Below, one piece after another: positions 38,599 to 51,355 of a DNA stretch of 64,000 bases. The position numbers and the translations under genes are program-made. Source of the DNA: Mobula hypostoma (lineage: Eukaryota); assembly GCF_963921235.1 (NCBI RefSeq), contig NC_086108.1:89592001-89656000 (forward strand), written 5' to 3'. Under the pieces are notes generated by a model, which was not told the origin of the DNA, searched no databases, and worked only from the letters and a program-made list of their open reading frames with translations. The stretch's first letter is position 1. The number at the start of each line of letters is the position of its first letter.

Positions 38599-39135
38599 CA
38601 CTCAATGGCCACTTTTTTAAAACGTGTCTCCTGTACCCAATAAAGTAGCCTCTGAGTGTATGTTCCTGGTTTTTTTCTGTAGCTCAAGGTTCAATCTGTT
38701 GTACATTAAGAGATGATCTTCTGCATACCACTGTTGTAAGGCATGGTAACTTAAGTTACCATCGCCTTCCTGTCAGCTTGAACCAATCTGGCCATTCTCC
38801 TCTGACCTCTCTCATTAACAAGCCATTTCCACCCACAGAACTGCCACTCACTAGACGATTTTTTTTTTTGTTTCTTGCAACATTTTCTGTAAACTGTAGA
38901 GTCTATTGTGTGAGACAATCCCAGGTGATCAGCAGTTTCCGAGATGCTCAAACCACCACATCAGCAACCAACATTCATTCCCCGGTGAAAGTCACTTAGA
39001 TCACATTTCTTCTCCATTCCGACGTTTGGTCTGAACAACAACTGAACCTCTTGACCATCTCTGCAACGTTTAATGTATTGAGTTTCCACCTCATGATTGG
39101 CTGATTAATGTGCAGGTGTTCAGGTGTACTGAGTG
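38599..39135 (-). mobile_element. Non-autonomous Tc1-like element with paired-like HTH remnant
   Basis: TA-flanked ends cactcaatggccacttt / actgagtg; SISETADHLGLSHTIDSTVYR...RGQRRMARLVQADRKAMVT resembles a Tc1 transposase N-terminus; second copy at 51811-52600. Confidence 0.8.
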
Positions 39136-39629
39136 TATATGGTCAATGTATTATTTCCTCCCAGCACCCCATCTATGCTGAGCTAAACCATACAGGATAT
39201 CTTCCTATTCTGTATCAGTTGGAATATCAGGGCAGGCTCATGAATAAATTAGCAGGAGTTATTTGGAGAGGTATGTTATTGCAGAAAGCTGTGAAAAATG
39301 TTGCTGTTTCAGCATTATAGTGCAGTTATTAAGCCTTCCATGGTTTAATGATAATGCTGAAATCTGGTCCTCTTGAATAAGGGAGAAGTATTGAAAATCC
39401 ACTCTGAAAAAACAGAGAACAGTACAGTACAAGAACAGGCCTTTTGGCCCAGAGTGTCTGTACTGACCATCTGCCTTCATGTGGCCTACATTTCCCCATT
39501 CCCTGCCTGTTCATGTACCTGTCTAAATGCCTCATAAGCATTGTTATCTTGTCTGTTTCTAACACTTCCCCTTGCAGTTTATTCCAGGCACTTAACACCA
39601 CCACTGTAAAAACACTCAGTTGGTAGTGC

Positions 39630-39930
39630 TGGGTGGCATGGTATCATAGCAGTTAGTGCCAACTGTAAAAAAATGGGGCTCAATTCCGCCGCCGTCTGTA
39701 GGGAGTTTCTATGTTCTCCACATGACAGCAGGGGTTTCCTCCAGGTGCTCCAGTTTCCTCCCACATTCCCAGGATGTACAGTTAGGCTTGGTGAGTTGTG
39801 GGCATGCAATGGAGACACTTGCAGGCTGCCGCAGTACATTCCCCGCTGAGCTGATTTGACATGAAACGACGCACCTCACTGTATTTCTCGACATACATGT
39901 GTCAAATAAAGCTAAAACTCATTTTATTCA
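39630..39930 (+). mobile_element. V-SINE-like tRNA-derived SINE inserted in a minus-strand CR1 3' fragment (about 39420-40325)
   Basis: Head ggtggcatggtatcatagcagttag, B-box gggctcaattcc, V-domain ggagtttctatgttctcc...gggtttcctccaggtgctccagtttcctcccacattcc; aataaa tail. Confidence 0.75.
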
Positions 39931-40325
39931 TTTCATAAGTCTGTCTTTAAACTTCCCTCGTTCTTGAAGCTCCCTGGGGGAAAAAACGTACTGCATACGC
40001 TGTCTATGCATCCTTTAATTTTGTGTACTGTCATGTCACCCCTCAGCCCTCAACACTCCAGAGAAAACAGTACAAGTTTATCCAACATTTTCTTATAACT
40101 AATGCTTTCTAATCCTGGCAGTATCCAGGTGAACCTCTTCTGAACCTTCTCCAAAACCTCCACAACCTTCCCATAATCGGGTGGCCAGAAGTGTACACAA
40201 TACTCCAAATGTTACCTAAACAGATTTTTACACAGCTGCAAAATGGCTTTCCAGCTTTTATATTCAGTGCACTGACCAATGAGGGAAAGAATGACATAAC
40301 ACTGTCTCTACCACTTAATTAACTT

Positions 40326-41766
40326 GTTCAAAGGTTTATTTATTATCAAAGTATACAACTCTGTCAAAATGGATGTTGTGATGCCTCGAGGGAGGTATTG
40401 TAGTGGGTAGTGCTTGTCACTCTCACTTTCAGCTTCACAAGACTGCTGGCCAGTGGTAGAAAAGGAGAGCTGAGTGTGTAAGTCCCTCCCTGCCAGTACA
40501 TAGCCTCACCAACAGCAAGCCTCATGTAGTGACTCGTCACTGGTGACACACAGAAACTGAACTTCTTTCGGACTCAGGCTGAAGTATAGAGGACGGTGAG
40601 GAGGTCTGGCCCCTGCAGATGTAGCACGTAGGCCCACTGGTATGTGGAGACACCCTGGTGTTCATGAATCTGTTCCCCAGCTACAGGTAAATAGCTCCAC
40701 TGCCTTGCGGGCAGCCTGGGGAGAGTTGAAGGCTACAGGAGTAAACCCAGACAGCAAATCCAGAGGGGATCCCCTAAGGCAGATGGACGTCATTGAACAT
40801 CCTTCCAGCAGCTCCTGCAGCCAAACTGGTGCCAAGCGTATTGCTTCATAAGCTTTCCTTTGGACTATACTGGTGAGGCCAAGAGAGGGATCTTGACAAC
40901 TAGGCATCTCAGCATCTCTATATGTTCCGCCCAGGCTTGCGATGATGATCATCATCACCCATTGTCCTCCGAGACAGACGGATGCCAACCACCATACAAC
41001 TCTGAAATTTTTCTTCTCCAGGTGGCCACGAAACCAAGAAAAAAAAGAACTGCAGCATGGTCATCAACCCCCAAATCCCTCCTCTCTGCACAAAAAAAAC
41101 AAACAAAAACGGAACAGGCATATCAACCTCCAAACTTCCCTGCCCTGCACACAAAATGATGAGAAAGGTCGAGCAAAAAGCACAGAATACAAAAAAGCCA
41201 TAAGTCTGAAAAAAAATCCACAGTCCAAATCCACATCCAAAATATAGAAAACCTGAGCAAAATTCTCCCTCTCCATAGAAGAGCACTGTCACCAGCAATA
41301 AAAAAGCATTTTTAACTTTCCGTAGCAGGGTGATTTCCACCAGCGATAAAGAGGTGGTCTCCTCTCTCCATAGCAGAGCGATTCACCAATGATTTAAAAA
41401 GACAGTCTCCCTTCTCTAGCAACTGAGCAATCTCCCAGTGATAAAAAGGCAGGCAAGCAGCCGTGTTTCCACCTGCCTCACTGGTTTAATTGGTGAACAA
41501 TGGAAGCTTTAATCCATGAAATGGAGTCAAATATCGGCTCACAGCCTTCTCATCACGAGGTTCCCGCACACTGCCTCTACCTCCCGGAATCCCCTCGGAG
41601 AATGCAGAGCGCTTAAACATCCAAAGGATCTCCAAACTGTAAATCACTGTTCAAGATGTAAATGATATGTAAAAGACATAAAGGAAGTGAAATATACGGT
41701 TTCATGATCTATCCAGAAGATGTCAATTGAAGGAACGTTGCATGCAGGCGCTATCTTGACCGGAAG
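40326..41766 (-). mobile_element. Non-autonomous Rex/Babar-associated element (host of the 40364-40993 insertion)
   Basis: 5' end cttccggtcaagatagcgcc (YY1-like motif); 3' end cagagttgtatactttgataataaataaacctttgaac, similar to 12490-12550. Confidence 0.5.
40364..40993 (+). mobile_element. Non-autonomous RTE-type element, 630 bp, with 11-bp TSD
   Basis: TSD ATACAACTCTG at 40353-40363 and 40994-41004; caggagtaaacccagacagcaaatcc...cccctaaggc resembles RTE 5' UTRs; 3' end gagacagacggatgccaaccacc. Confidence 0.65.
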
Positions 41767-42019
41767 GTTAAGACGTAAGTGTTGCCAGTTTCAGGAAGAT
41801 ATAGACTTGTATCGGAAGATCCCTCTGAACATTGTCTTACAACTTACAGTATAATTTCCTGAAGTATTTGGCCTCCCAAACTGCAGTAGCACACATTACT
41901 CTGGATTAAACACCAAATTAATTTCTGAGATAGTAAGTGAATCCAAAAGAACCTCTCACTACCTTTTAAAGGTATTTACAAAAAAAATTATTGTTAAAAT
42001 AAATCCATAGTTTTTTAAA

Positions 42020-42460
42020 GCAACACACAAATTACAGGAGGAGCTCAGCAGAGTCAGGCAGCATCTATGGAAATGAATAAACAGTCGACCTCTCAAGCCG
42101 AGACTCTTCCTCAGGACTGGAAAGGAAATGGGGAGACTCCAGAATAAAAAGGTGGGGGAGGGAGAAAAGGATAGGTATAAGGTGACGAGTGAAGCCAGCG
42201 GGGTGGGAAAGGTAAAGGGATGGAGAGGAAGAAATCTGATAGGAGAGGAGAAAGAGAAGGAGGAGGAGATGGTAGGCAGGTGAGAAGAGGTAAGAGGCCA
42301 AAGTGGGGAATAGAAGAAGAGGGAAGGGGGAGGGAAAACAATTTACTAGAAGGAGAAATCAACGTTTGTACCATCAGCTTGATGTGGCTCATCCACCCTG
42401 AGAGTGGCCACATCATGGAACACGAGGAAGGCCATGGACCAACATGTTGGAGTGGGAATG
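42020..42460 (-). mobile_element. Penelope-like 3' fragment with degenerate hammerhead (42082-42119)
   Basis: Reverse complement cagtc CTGAGGA agagtctcggctt GAGA ggtc gactg; GIY-YIG tail remnant around 42360-42460. Confidence 0.7.
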
Positions 42461-43477
42461 GGAATTTTTTTTGCCTATTATTTGAACCTTCAATAAAATA
42501 ATATTCAACAAATAAGAAAAAATTCAGAGCTAATGACAGTATCATTGTTATTCACAATTTAAGGGGAAGTTTAAAAAGATATTTCATTTAAAGCTAATTT
42601 TCATCTAACAATTGAAACACAGCTAAAGATACCAAAAAATTACCTGAAGCTAATTTAAATCATGTTTTCTGTGGCGATACTTGATTTGAATACCTAATCG
42701 AACATAAATAAACATGATTTGTCATAAACATGAGATCCATACTGTTTATGTCTGTGTAAAACTGTCCTCCTGGCATCTGCATTTTTTTTGAGTTCTTCTG
42801 TTGGCCAATGTTAACATGTTTCCATGGAAGTATAAATTTATTTAATTTTCACTGGCTGCTTCTTTGGAATATGCTGCGGTTAGGTAATGCAGTATTTTGA
42901 TTGAAACTTCAATAAAATTTGGTTTCTTCTGTATTACGTGTGGGATTAATTGTAAAAGTAAAATTTTGACAAAATGTATGGAGTATATAACTCTGCCAAG
43001 TTTGCTGGTCATTCTATACATAATTGCTACATTGAATTTTTAGAATGACATTACAAACAAAATCATATTATAATTACATAGAAATAAGAATAATCACTCA
43101 TGGTAAATAAGAGGGGAGTTTTAAGCAAACTTGTCTGGTTGGGAATCAGCTGGTAGGCAGTTAACATCAGGCAGCTCACCTGCATCGAATCACCTTCCTT
43201 CCAGAGGTGAAAGGAGTTGATTTTTATTGGTTATAATCTCCTGAGCAAGGCATCATTCCAAAAGTATGAGTAGGCATGGGTCAGTATAAGTTGTGTTTGA
43301 AATCTGGTATGCCCTTGTTACGTTCACAGGAGTTAGCCAGGCCAAAGCAGGGCAAAGCCAAGAGCAAGGCTGTGCCAATAGAGGAGTGGCATTCAGGGAG
43401 AGGGTGAATAGGTTTAGGAGAGGCGTCAATGAATGAGTTGTTGAGAAGACAAAGCTAAGCCCACTTGATTATCTAAA

Positions 43478-43595
43478 ACAACACACTCAAAATGCTGGAG
43501 GAATTCAGCGGGCCAGGCAGCATCTATGGAAAAACGTACAGTCAACATTTCAGACTGAGACCCTTCATCAGGACTGGAAAAAAAGATGAGGAGTC
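43478..43595 (-). mobile_element. Penelope-like terminal-repeat fragment with intact-core hammerhead (43539-43576)
   Basis: Reverse complement cagtc CTGATGA agggtctcagtct GAAA t GTT gactg, followed by gatgctgcctggcccgctgaattcctccagcattttg. Confidence 0.75.
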
Positions 43596-45604
43596 ATCTG
43601 ACTGGCTCCACATAAAATAACTTGGGATGGAGATTCATAATCCTTCCTTGTCCCACCTGCACCCTAGCTCCTTTGCGATTTTAAACTCCCAGTGCGATTG
43701 GTTTAGTCGTCCATCTGCTATCACGTGGCTTTAATGTACAGTCTCAGAACTCAGAATCAGGGTTATTAGGACTGACATATGATATGAAATTTGTTGTTTT
43801 CTGCAGCAGTATAGAGCAATACATTAACAATTGCTATAATTTCCAGTAATAAATATATAAAATATAAATGAATATTGCAAAATGAGACCAAAACATAAAA
43901 AAGAGCAAAAGACTGTCATAATTATATGACAATTCCTGTGGAAACTGTTGTGAAATTGACCACAGAATTCAGATGAGACCTGGGATTTAATATTCTCCAG
44001 CCCCAACTTCCAGAGCAGTGGATATGTTGTTGCTCTGAACAATATCTCCCCACTAAGGCTGGTTTAGAGCTGTTTATTAGGCCAGGCAGTGTCTGACGAC
44101 AGAAAGACAGAGGTGATGATTCACATTGATGGTTCTTGATCAGAACTGGGAACAATCAAGGAAAAGGAATGGTTTGTGTTCCAGAGGAATGGTGGAGGGG
44201 ATCAAAGGGTAAGTTTGTGGGAAAGACAAATTAGAGCAGGTGAAATGTAGTGTTGTGTTTGTTTAATGAAGAGTCTCAGCCTGAAATGTTGACTGTTTAT
44301 TTCAATCCATGAATACTGCCTGACCTGCTGAACTCCTCTAGCACTTGGTGTGTGTTGCTCTCGATTTTCAGCATCTGCAGAATCTCCTGTGTTTATGTGC
44401 TGTGTTGGAGCTAGCTGAAGGTGGGCGGTGAGGAGAATGAGCAACAAAAAAAGGTGTATCTGGGGGAGGTGCAAGTAGGCAGAGATGAATGAAAGCCACA
44501 AGGAGAAGGGAAAAAGTGAGAATGCTGGAGATGTGAGAAAAAAGGGTGGATTGGCTGAAGAGCATTGTTGAGTCTGGAAGTAATAACGTGCTCCATCAGG
44601 CAGAGGTGTAAAATCCTGCAGACTCTGCAGGAAGAACAGGGACATTCCCCCAATGTACATGCCAATATTTATACCACAGCTAACACCTGCAACAGATAAC
44701 CTGGTAACTTATTTCATTGCTTTCTGTGTGTCTTTCCTGTGTGTAATTTTAAAAAAGAATCTGCTCTTGTATTACCTATAGAAAAGGGAGCTTGTGCCCA
44801 TTGAGCCTGCCGAACTGTGGAAATGGCTTAAAGGATAAGGCTGTAAATCAGCAGTGGCAGATCTCAATAAAAGTGCATTTTAGTGTGGTAGAATGGTTCT
44901 AATGAGAAGCATGCACATCAGGATAAAGGAAGTTTAGCATAGTGTCAAATTGAAAGTTGAGCATATTGAAGGAAAGAATTGAGACCAATATCTGAAATGT
45001 TATCACTTACTCTTTCCACAAATTTGCATCACCTATTGAGCATTTCAAGATTTCCAGCACTATCTCTTTTTATTTTGGTCAATGGAATGGCAAAGGGCAT
45101 AGACATTAAAAACAGGGAAAGCTTAGCTAAATTTTAAGAGATGCAAGTGCAGTGTTGAGCATAGTTTATGTGTTTGTGTTTAAAGGTTGCATCTGTATTA
45201 AAGGCTGTCACTAGATTAACTGCTGGGGTAAAGCAATTAATTTACAAAGAAAATGAGCAAGTTGGACCTACATGCTTTGAAGATGGTTAAGAGGTGATCT
45301 TACTGAAAAATAGCATATCGTAGATGGAATTAACAAAACTCATGTAGAGAATTTGTTTCCCTTGAATGAAAAGCTGTACTTTTGTGATAAATGGTCAACC
45401 ATTAAGATGGAGATGGGGAGGAATTTCTCGAGGATCATGAATTTTCAGAATTCTCTTCCCCAGGGAGTTGTGAAGGAAGAGTCAGTGAAGCTATCCAAAG
45501 AGGAGAATAACACCTGTTTAATCTACTAGGAAGCACAGGATTGTTGGGGAGTGAGTGGAAAAGTGGGGTTGAGGCCAAGACTGGATCAGTCTCGTTCTCC
45601 CCTT

Positions 45605-46405
45605 AGATTCCCCTCCAGGCACTTACCCCTGCATCTTTGCAAATTGTTACACCTGCCCCACACCTCCTCCCTCACCACCATTCAGGCTCCCAAATAGTCA
45701 TTTCAAGTGAGGTAGTTTTTACATGTAAAATCATTGTTGTCATTTCTTGCATCCAGCGCTCCCGGTATGGGTGCCACTACATTAAAGAGAGATTAATTTA
45801 CTTTCTTACATGTTAATGTTCCGATGTGCATGTTGATAAATAGACTGAATTTCTCTTTATTAGTGAGAACTGATGCAGATTAGGGGACCATTTGGTTGAG
45901 CATCTTCGCTCCATCTGCCACACCAGCTAGAATCTCCCAGTGGCCAGCTGTTTTAATTTCGTTTCCAGTTTCCCATTTCCACACCAAGTCAGTTCATGAC
46001 CTCCTCTACTGCTTAGTTGTTGCTACACAGATTAAAGGAATAGTACCTCATGTTCTGCCTTAGTAGTCTCTGACCTGACAGCATGAACATCCTGGTACCC
46101 ATTCCCCTCTGTCCCTTATTTTTTTCCTGTTCGCACTGACCCTATCACTCTCTCTCTTTCTCTTCTCTCAATATTAATCTGCCTGTCACCCACATATTCC
46201 TCCCAGTTCCTCTCATCAACTTCTTTCCTTTATTCCGTAGTCCTCTGTTCTCTCCTATCAGATCCCAGCTTCTTCAACCATTTGTTACGTCCACCTAGCA
46301 CCTCTCAGCTTCTCACCTCATGCCCATTCCCCCCTCCCCCATCTGCCTCTCAATACCACCCCCCCTCCTTACTTCAACCGGATCCATGTGTCGCCTGCCT
46401 GCTCT
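45605..46405 (+). mobile_element. Old Penelope-like GIY-YIG remnant
   Basis: ggcacttacccctgc...acacctgcccc..cacctcctccctcaccaccattcagg...gagcatcttcgctccatctgcc...aatctcccagtggcc parallels 55885-56300. Confidence 0.65.
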
Positions 46406-48761
46406 TGCTCTAGAATCAGAATCAGGTTTATTATCACTGTATGTCATGAAATTTGTTGCAGCAGGACCTCCAGCACCCAGGGCATGCCCTTTTCTCACTG
46501 TTACTACCAGGATGAGGTACAGAAGCCTAAAGGCACACACTCGGTGATTCAGGAACAGCTACTTCCTCACTGCCATCCAATTCCTAAATGGACATTGAAT
46601 CTTTGGACACTACCTCACTTTTTCTTAATATGCAGTATTTCTGTTTTTGCATGTTTTTAATCTATTCAATATACGTAATTGATTTAGTTGCTTATTATTG
46701 TTATTTTTCTCTCTGCTAGGTTATGTATTGTATAAAACTGCTGCTGCTAAGTTAACAAATTTCAAGTCACATATCAGTGATAATAAACCTGATTCTGATT
46801 CTGAGCAATGGAGTGCAAGACATAACATAAAAATACTATTAAGTTACAATAAGAACTATATACTGTAGTGCAAACGAGGTAGTGCTCATGAATTCGTGGA
46901 CTCATGGACCATTCAGAAATCTAATGGTGGAGGTGAAAAATCTGTTTCTGAAACACCAAGTGTGTGTCTTTATGCTCCTGTACCACCTCTTTGATGGTAG
47001 TATTGAGAAGAGGGTATGTCCCAGATGGTAAACGTCCTTAATGATATATGCTTCCATTTTGAGGCACCACCTCTTGACGATTTCCGTGTTGGTGGGGAGG
47101 CTTAAGCTATGATGACACTTGCTGAGCCTACATTTCTGCATCCCCGTAGGATCCTGCATATTAGAACCTCTGTATTGGATGGTGATTTACCCAGTCCACC
47201 ATCTTCCTTCATCTTTTTCTACTAGCTATCTCACCTTTTTCTTTGTAGTCCTGATGAAGGATCCCAGCCCAAATTGACAGTGGTCCACTTTACCCAACAG
47301 ATGCTGCTTGATTGATTAATTCCTCCAGCTCATTTGTATGTTGCCTCAATCTTGTTCTTGAATGGCAGGAGTGGGCCGTAGGGCTGACAGTCCCATTCTG
47401 GGTGCTGGTTTTTATATCCTTGTGCTCTTATTCAATAAAATCATGGCTCAGAATCAAAAACAAAATCCAAAAATACTGGGAGTGTTCAGTAGACCAGGCT
47501 GCACCTGTGCGAAGAGAGACATTCAAATCTTCATGTTGGAGACCCTTCATCAGAACTAAAAAGGAAATAAAAGACACTTCTAAAGCTGCAGGGAAAGTTG
47601 GGATCGGAGTGTCCCTGATAAAGTGAAACCGGAGTGGCCATGGGGAAAAGCATGGTTATCTGTTCAGTGAGTGGGTGGGAGCAGTTAAAGGGTGAGAATA
47701 TAGGTAAGAAGATTGTGGAAGTTGTCAAAATGCAGAGCAGGAGAACATGACTAGCAGGTCCTTAACCACCAGAGAAATTTGACCTTAAAGCTACATCCCT
47801 ACTAAATTTTTACCCCACGACTTTACACGTGTGTTTAAACCTTGATTATATTCAAAGTCTCCTCTTCAGAACCCTTGATTTGAAAATTCAAAAAAGTCAA
47901 GACCTCTGAGAGGAACAATTACTGATCTCTATTTTTCCCTCTGAAATGGTGCCCATTGGTTTATAGATGTCCCACAAAGAGAAACATCCTCTAAGCATCC
48001 ACCGTCAATCCCCTCAGAATCTCATGTTTCCTAAAAAAAAACATCACTTTTTATTTTCCACAGTGACCACAGAATAGGACCAGCTCAGTTTTCCGCATTA
48101 GATATCCCTTTAATCCTAGGACTCAAACCCTGTGAGATTTCTCTGCACTTCCTCTAATGCATCTATTTCCTTCTTTATTTAAAGATACTATGTGGTATTC
48201 TAGGTGCAGCCTTACCAGCACACTGTCCTACTTTTCTGTTTCATTCCCCTTTCCACTTCATTCCATTTCCACTAATATTCTTCATGCCAAAGTAAATAAT
48301 TTCTCACTTCCCCACATTGTACTCAATCTGACAAATTTTCGCCAACTCACATAACCTATCTATATTGGAAGTAACTTAAGGAGAGAGGGAACAAAATCAG
48401 GAAATTGGGAGAAGTGAATCAATATTTGATCAAGGATAAGCAATCACTAAATTCCCTGGACCATGGAATGAAAAACTACTTCACATTTCACTGTTCAGCA
48501 TACCCTCCCAAGATGGAACACACTATAAATACTTTAACTGTAACCAAGTACTAATTTGATCCTTAATTCCCAGACAATATCTTTCAATAAGATGTTTGCT
48601 AGTAACAGGTAAACACACAGTTGCTTGATACGATTTCAAGTGGAGAATGAGACTCACCCTAGTTTTCTGGGCAACATTTATCCTTCAAATAACACCACTA
48701 GTTCATGCCATCCCTTTGGATGAGACCAGGCTTAGGACCTTTCAATAGTAAGTGTATGTGC

Positions 48762-49066
48762 GTTGGCGCATGACCAAGTGGTTAAGGTGTTCGTCTAGTG
48801 ATTTGAAGGTCGCTAGTTTGAGCCTTGGCTGAGGCAGCGTGTGTGTCCTTGAGCAAGACATTTAACCATACATTGCTCTGCGACGACACCGGTTCCAAGC
48901 TGTATGGGTCCTAATGCCCTTCCCTTGGACAACATCGGTGGCGTGGAGAGGGGAGACTTGCAGCATGGGCAACTGCTGGTCTTCCATACAACCTTGCCCA
49001 GGCCTGCGCCCTGGAAACCTTCCAAGGCGCAAATCCATGGTCTCATGAGACTAATGGATGCCTATA
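48762..49066 (+). mobile_element. tRNA-derived SINE with CORE-like segment and RTE-like tail
   Basis: A-box tgaccaagtgg, B-box agtttgagcc, gtgtccttgagcaagacatttaacc (CORE-like), tail catggtctcatgagactaatggatgcc. Confidence 0.7.
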
Positions 49067-49089
49067 AAAGTGTACAGAAGAATTTCCCT

Positions 49090-49321
49090 CAACATACATA
49101 AAAGTTGATGCTGAGCGCAGAAGGCCAGGCAGCATCTATAGGAAGAGGTACAGTCGATATTTCGGGCCGAGACCCTTCGTCAGGACTAACACCGAAGGGT
49201 CTTGACCCGAAACGTCGACTGTACCTCTTCCTATAGATGCTGCCTGGCCTGCTGTGCTCACCAGCAACTTTTATGTGTGTTGCTCGAAATTCCAGCATCT
49301 TCAGATTTCCTCGTGTTTGCG
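49090..49321. mobile_element. Fold-back mini Penelope-like insertion with 14-bp TSD
   Basis: Inverted arms 49090-49179 and 49193-49282, tail 49283-49321; TSD AGAAGAATTTCCCT at 49076-49089 and 49322-49335; complete hammerhead on the minus strand at 49152-49187. Confidence 0.9.
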
Positions 49322-49825
49322 AGAAGAATTTCCCTATTCCATTCCAGTCATGCCTCCTTCTAAAACTTGTAATTCTTGTGTTTCACACAAGCTTCTGTCA
49401 TTGATAATTAATTGAGGCAGAACAAGTATTATTGTGAACAAAAGATTGCATTTCTTTGAAAACAATAGTTGCAGCTCTTTCGTTCTATATCTTAAGTGAA
49501 AAATGCTTGGCTGATCAATTTGCAATGTGACCATGAGAATGGGTCAAGAAAGAAAAGTCAATTTGCCTTGCTGTTCAACAAATAACTATACCAAGTGTCA
49601 GCTAAAGTGTTCTCTAGCTCATCAAAACTTCAGGTACTGTTCTTTACAGGTCCCAGAAGCCCATGCTCATCCCCATTGACCCTAAGTATCGCTCTCTAAC
49701 CAACTGTTTCTATTTCAATGTGATACAGATGGAGAGTGAATATCTATAAACTGCAGATGTTGAATGTCTGAAATAAAAACAGAAAAGTTTGGAAATGTTT
49801 GGTAGGGTAGAAGAGCGAGAGTAGG

Positions 49826-50205
49826 ACCTATCAAAACCTATCAAATATTGAAAGGACAGAAAAGAGTGGCCATGGAGAAGACATTTCCTATTGTGGAGAA
49901 TCATAAGACCGGATGGCACAACCTCAGAATACAAGAACATCCCTTTAAAACAGAGATAAGGAGGAATTCTTATTAGCCAGATGGTGGTGAATCTGTGCAA
50001 TTCATTGCCATGGCTGACTGTGAAGGCCAACTCATGGGGTATATTTAAAGCAAGGGTTGATGGGTTCCTGATTAGTCAGATTACCAAAATTTATGGGAAG
50101 AAGGTTGAAGAATGGGGTTGACGGAGATAATAAATCAGCCATGATAGAATGGTTGAGGAGACTTGATGGACTGAGTGGCCTAATTCTGCTCCTATGTCTT
50201 ATGGT
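49826..50205 (+). mobile_element. CR1 3' end fragment
   Basis: Similar to 22130-22503 and 58430-58790; tail ctcctatgtcttatggtc. Confidence 0.7.
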
Positions 50206-50566
50206 CAGGTAGCATATGTAGAGGGAGAGAGAGAATGAGAACGTTTCAAGTTGGAGATACTTCACCAGAACTGTATTGACAAAGGGTGTTTGACTTGAAA
50301 TTTTAACTCTACTTCTTTTCCCACAGATAATGTCTGACTTGTCAAATATCTCCAGCAGTTTCTGTTTTTATTGTCTGGTTGAAGCTTGACTAGGATTGAG
50401 TGGTTGGAATGCAGACAGGATCAGAGCAGTTGTGTGAATGGAATAAGGGTCATTGTGAAAATGTAGCATTGCTAGGGCTGGATTTAGTGGGGCTGGGGCC
50501 CCTGGGCTGGAGAGAAAATATTTGTGGGAAGCAGGAATATGTCAAGGAGTGAGATCAGAAGACTAA

Positions 50567-51355
50567 GTCTACGTCCACACTAGACCGGATAAATCCGTAA
50601 CCAAAGCTTTTTCTCTTCGTTTTGACCCTCCGTCCACACTGAAACGGTGTTTTCCTCCCCTGAAAACAGAGCTTTTCTAAAATGCTCTTCAGAGTGTGTA
50701 AATCTGAAAGTGCTGGTTGGGTGTTGTAGCATGTACGGGGTAACCAGAGGTTTTAAAAAACCTGTCGTCCCTTTCATCGCTGAAGAGACTATTGCTGTAG
50801 GAAATGTTTCCAGGGTGACCCCTCTGTGGGAGTGGGGAAGGTGTTGGTGGGGCCACCTGGGAGTCTGTGTGTCCGTATGTGTAGCTATTGTAGTGGCTGT
50901 GAGGCTGGTATTGTGGCGGTGAAAACTACTGGAAGGGGGGAGCCATCATATTCCTCATCATTGCAAATCCATCTGCAACAGAGTTAGTCAGTTTTTCATG
51001 GTCATCGTCAGCCGGGTCCTACTGTCCGTGAACTCCCTGTCAGTTGCCTCCATACGCTTCAGTATTTGTTTTTTAGTTTTAAGTCCTCCTGCATGAGAGC
51101 CAACAGCTGTCCGTCATTTGGCAATTTCCTTTTAAGTTTTTCGAGTCTGTAACTGAAAACGCACAGCAAATATACCGTTCCTTCTCTGCTTGTTTTCTGT
51201 AGATGTGTCCTGTGCATGCCCAGTAGGAAGAGATTTGCCCAAATACCTGTTTTAATGTGTTCTGAGGTATTTTCAAAAACGCCTGGTGTGGACATCTATT
51301 GTTTCTACACGAAACCGGTGTTTTCAGAATTATCTGGTCTAGTGTGGACGTAGCC
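50567..51355 (-). mobile_element. PIF/Harbinger non-autonomous element
   Basis: 26-bp TIRs GTCTACGTCCACACTAGACCGGATAA / TTATCTGGTCTAGTGTGGACGTAGCC; 3-bp flanks taa / caa; internal minus-strand remnant KLKRKLPNDGQLLALMQEDLKLK... resembles the C-terminus of Harbinger accessory (Myb/SANT) proteins. Confidence 0.8.

Noticed and set aside
48762..48835. tRNA gene
   Set aside because: A/B boxes are present, but there is no complete cloverleaf and it continues into SINE body and tail.
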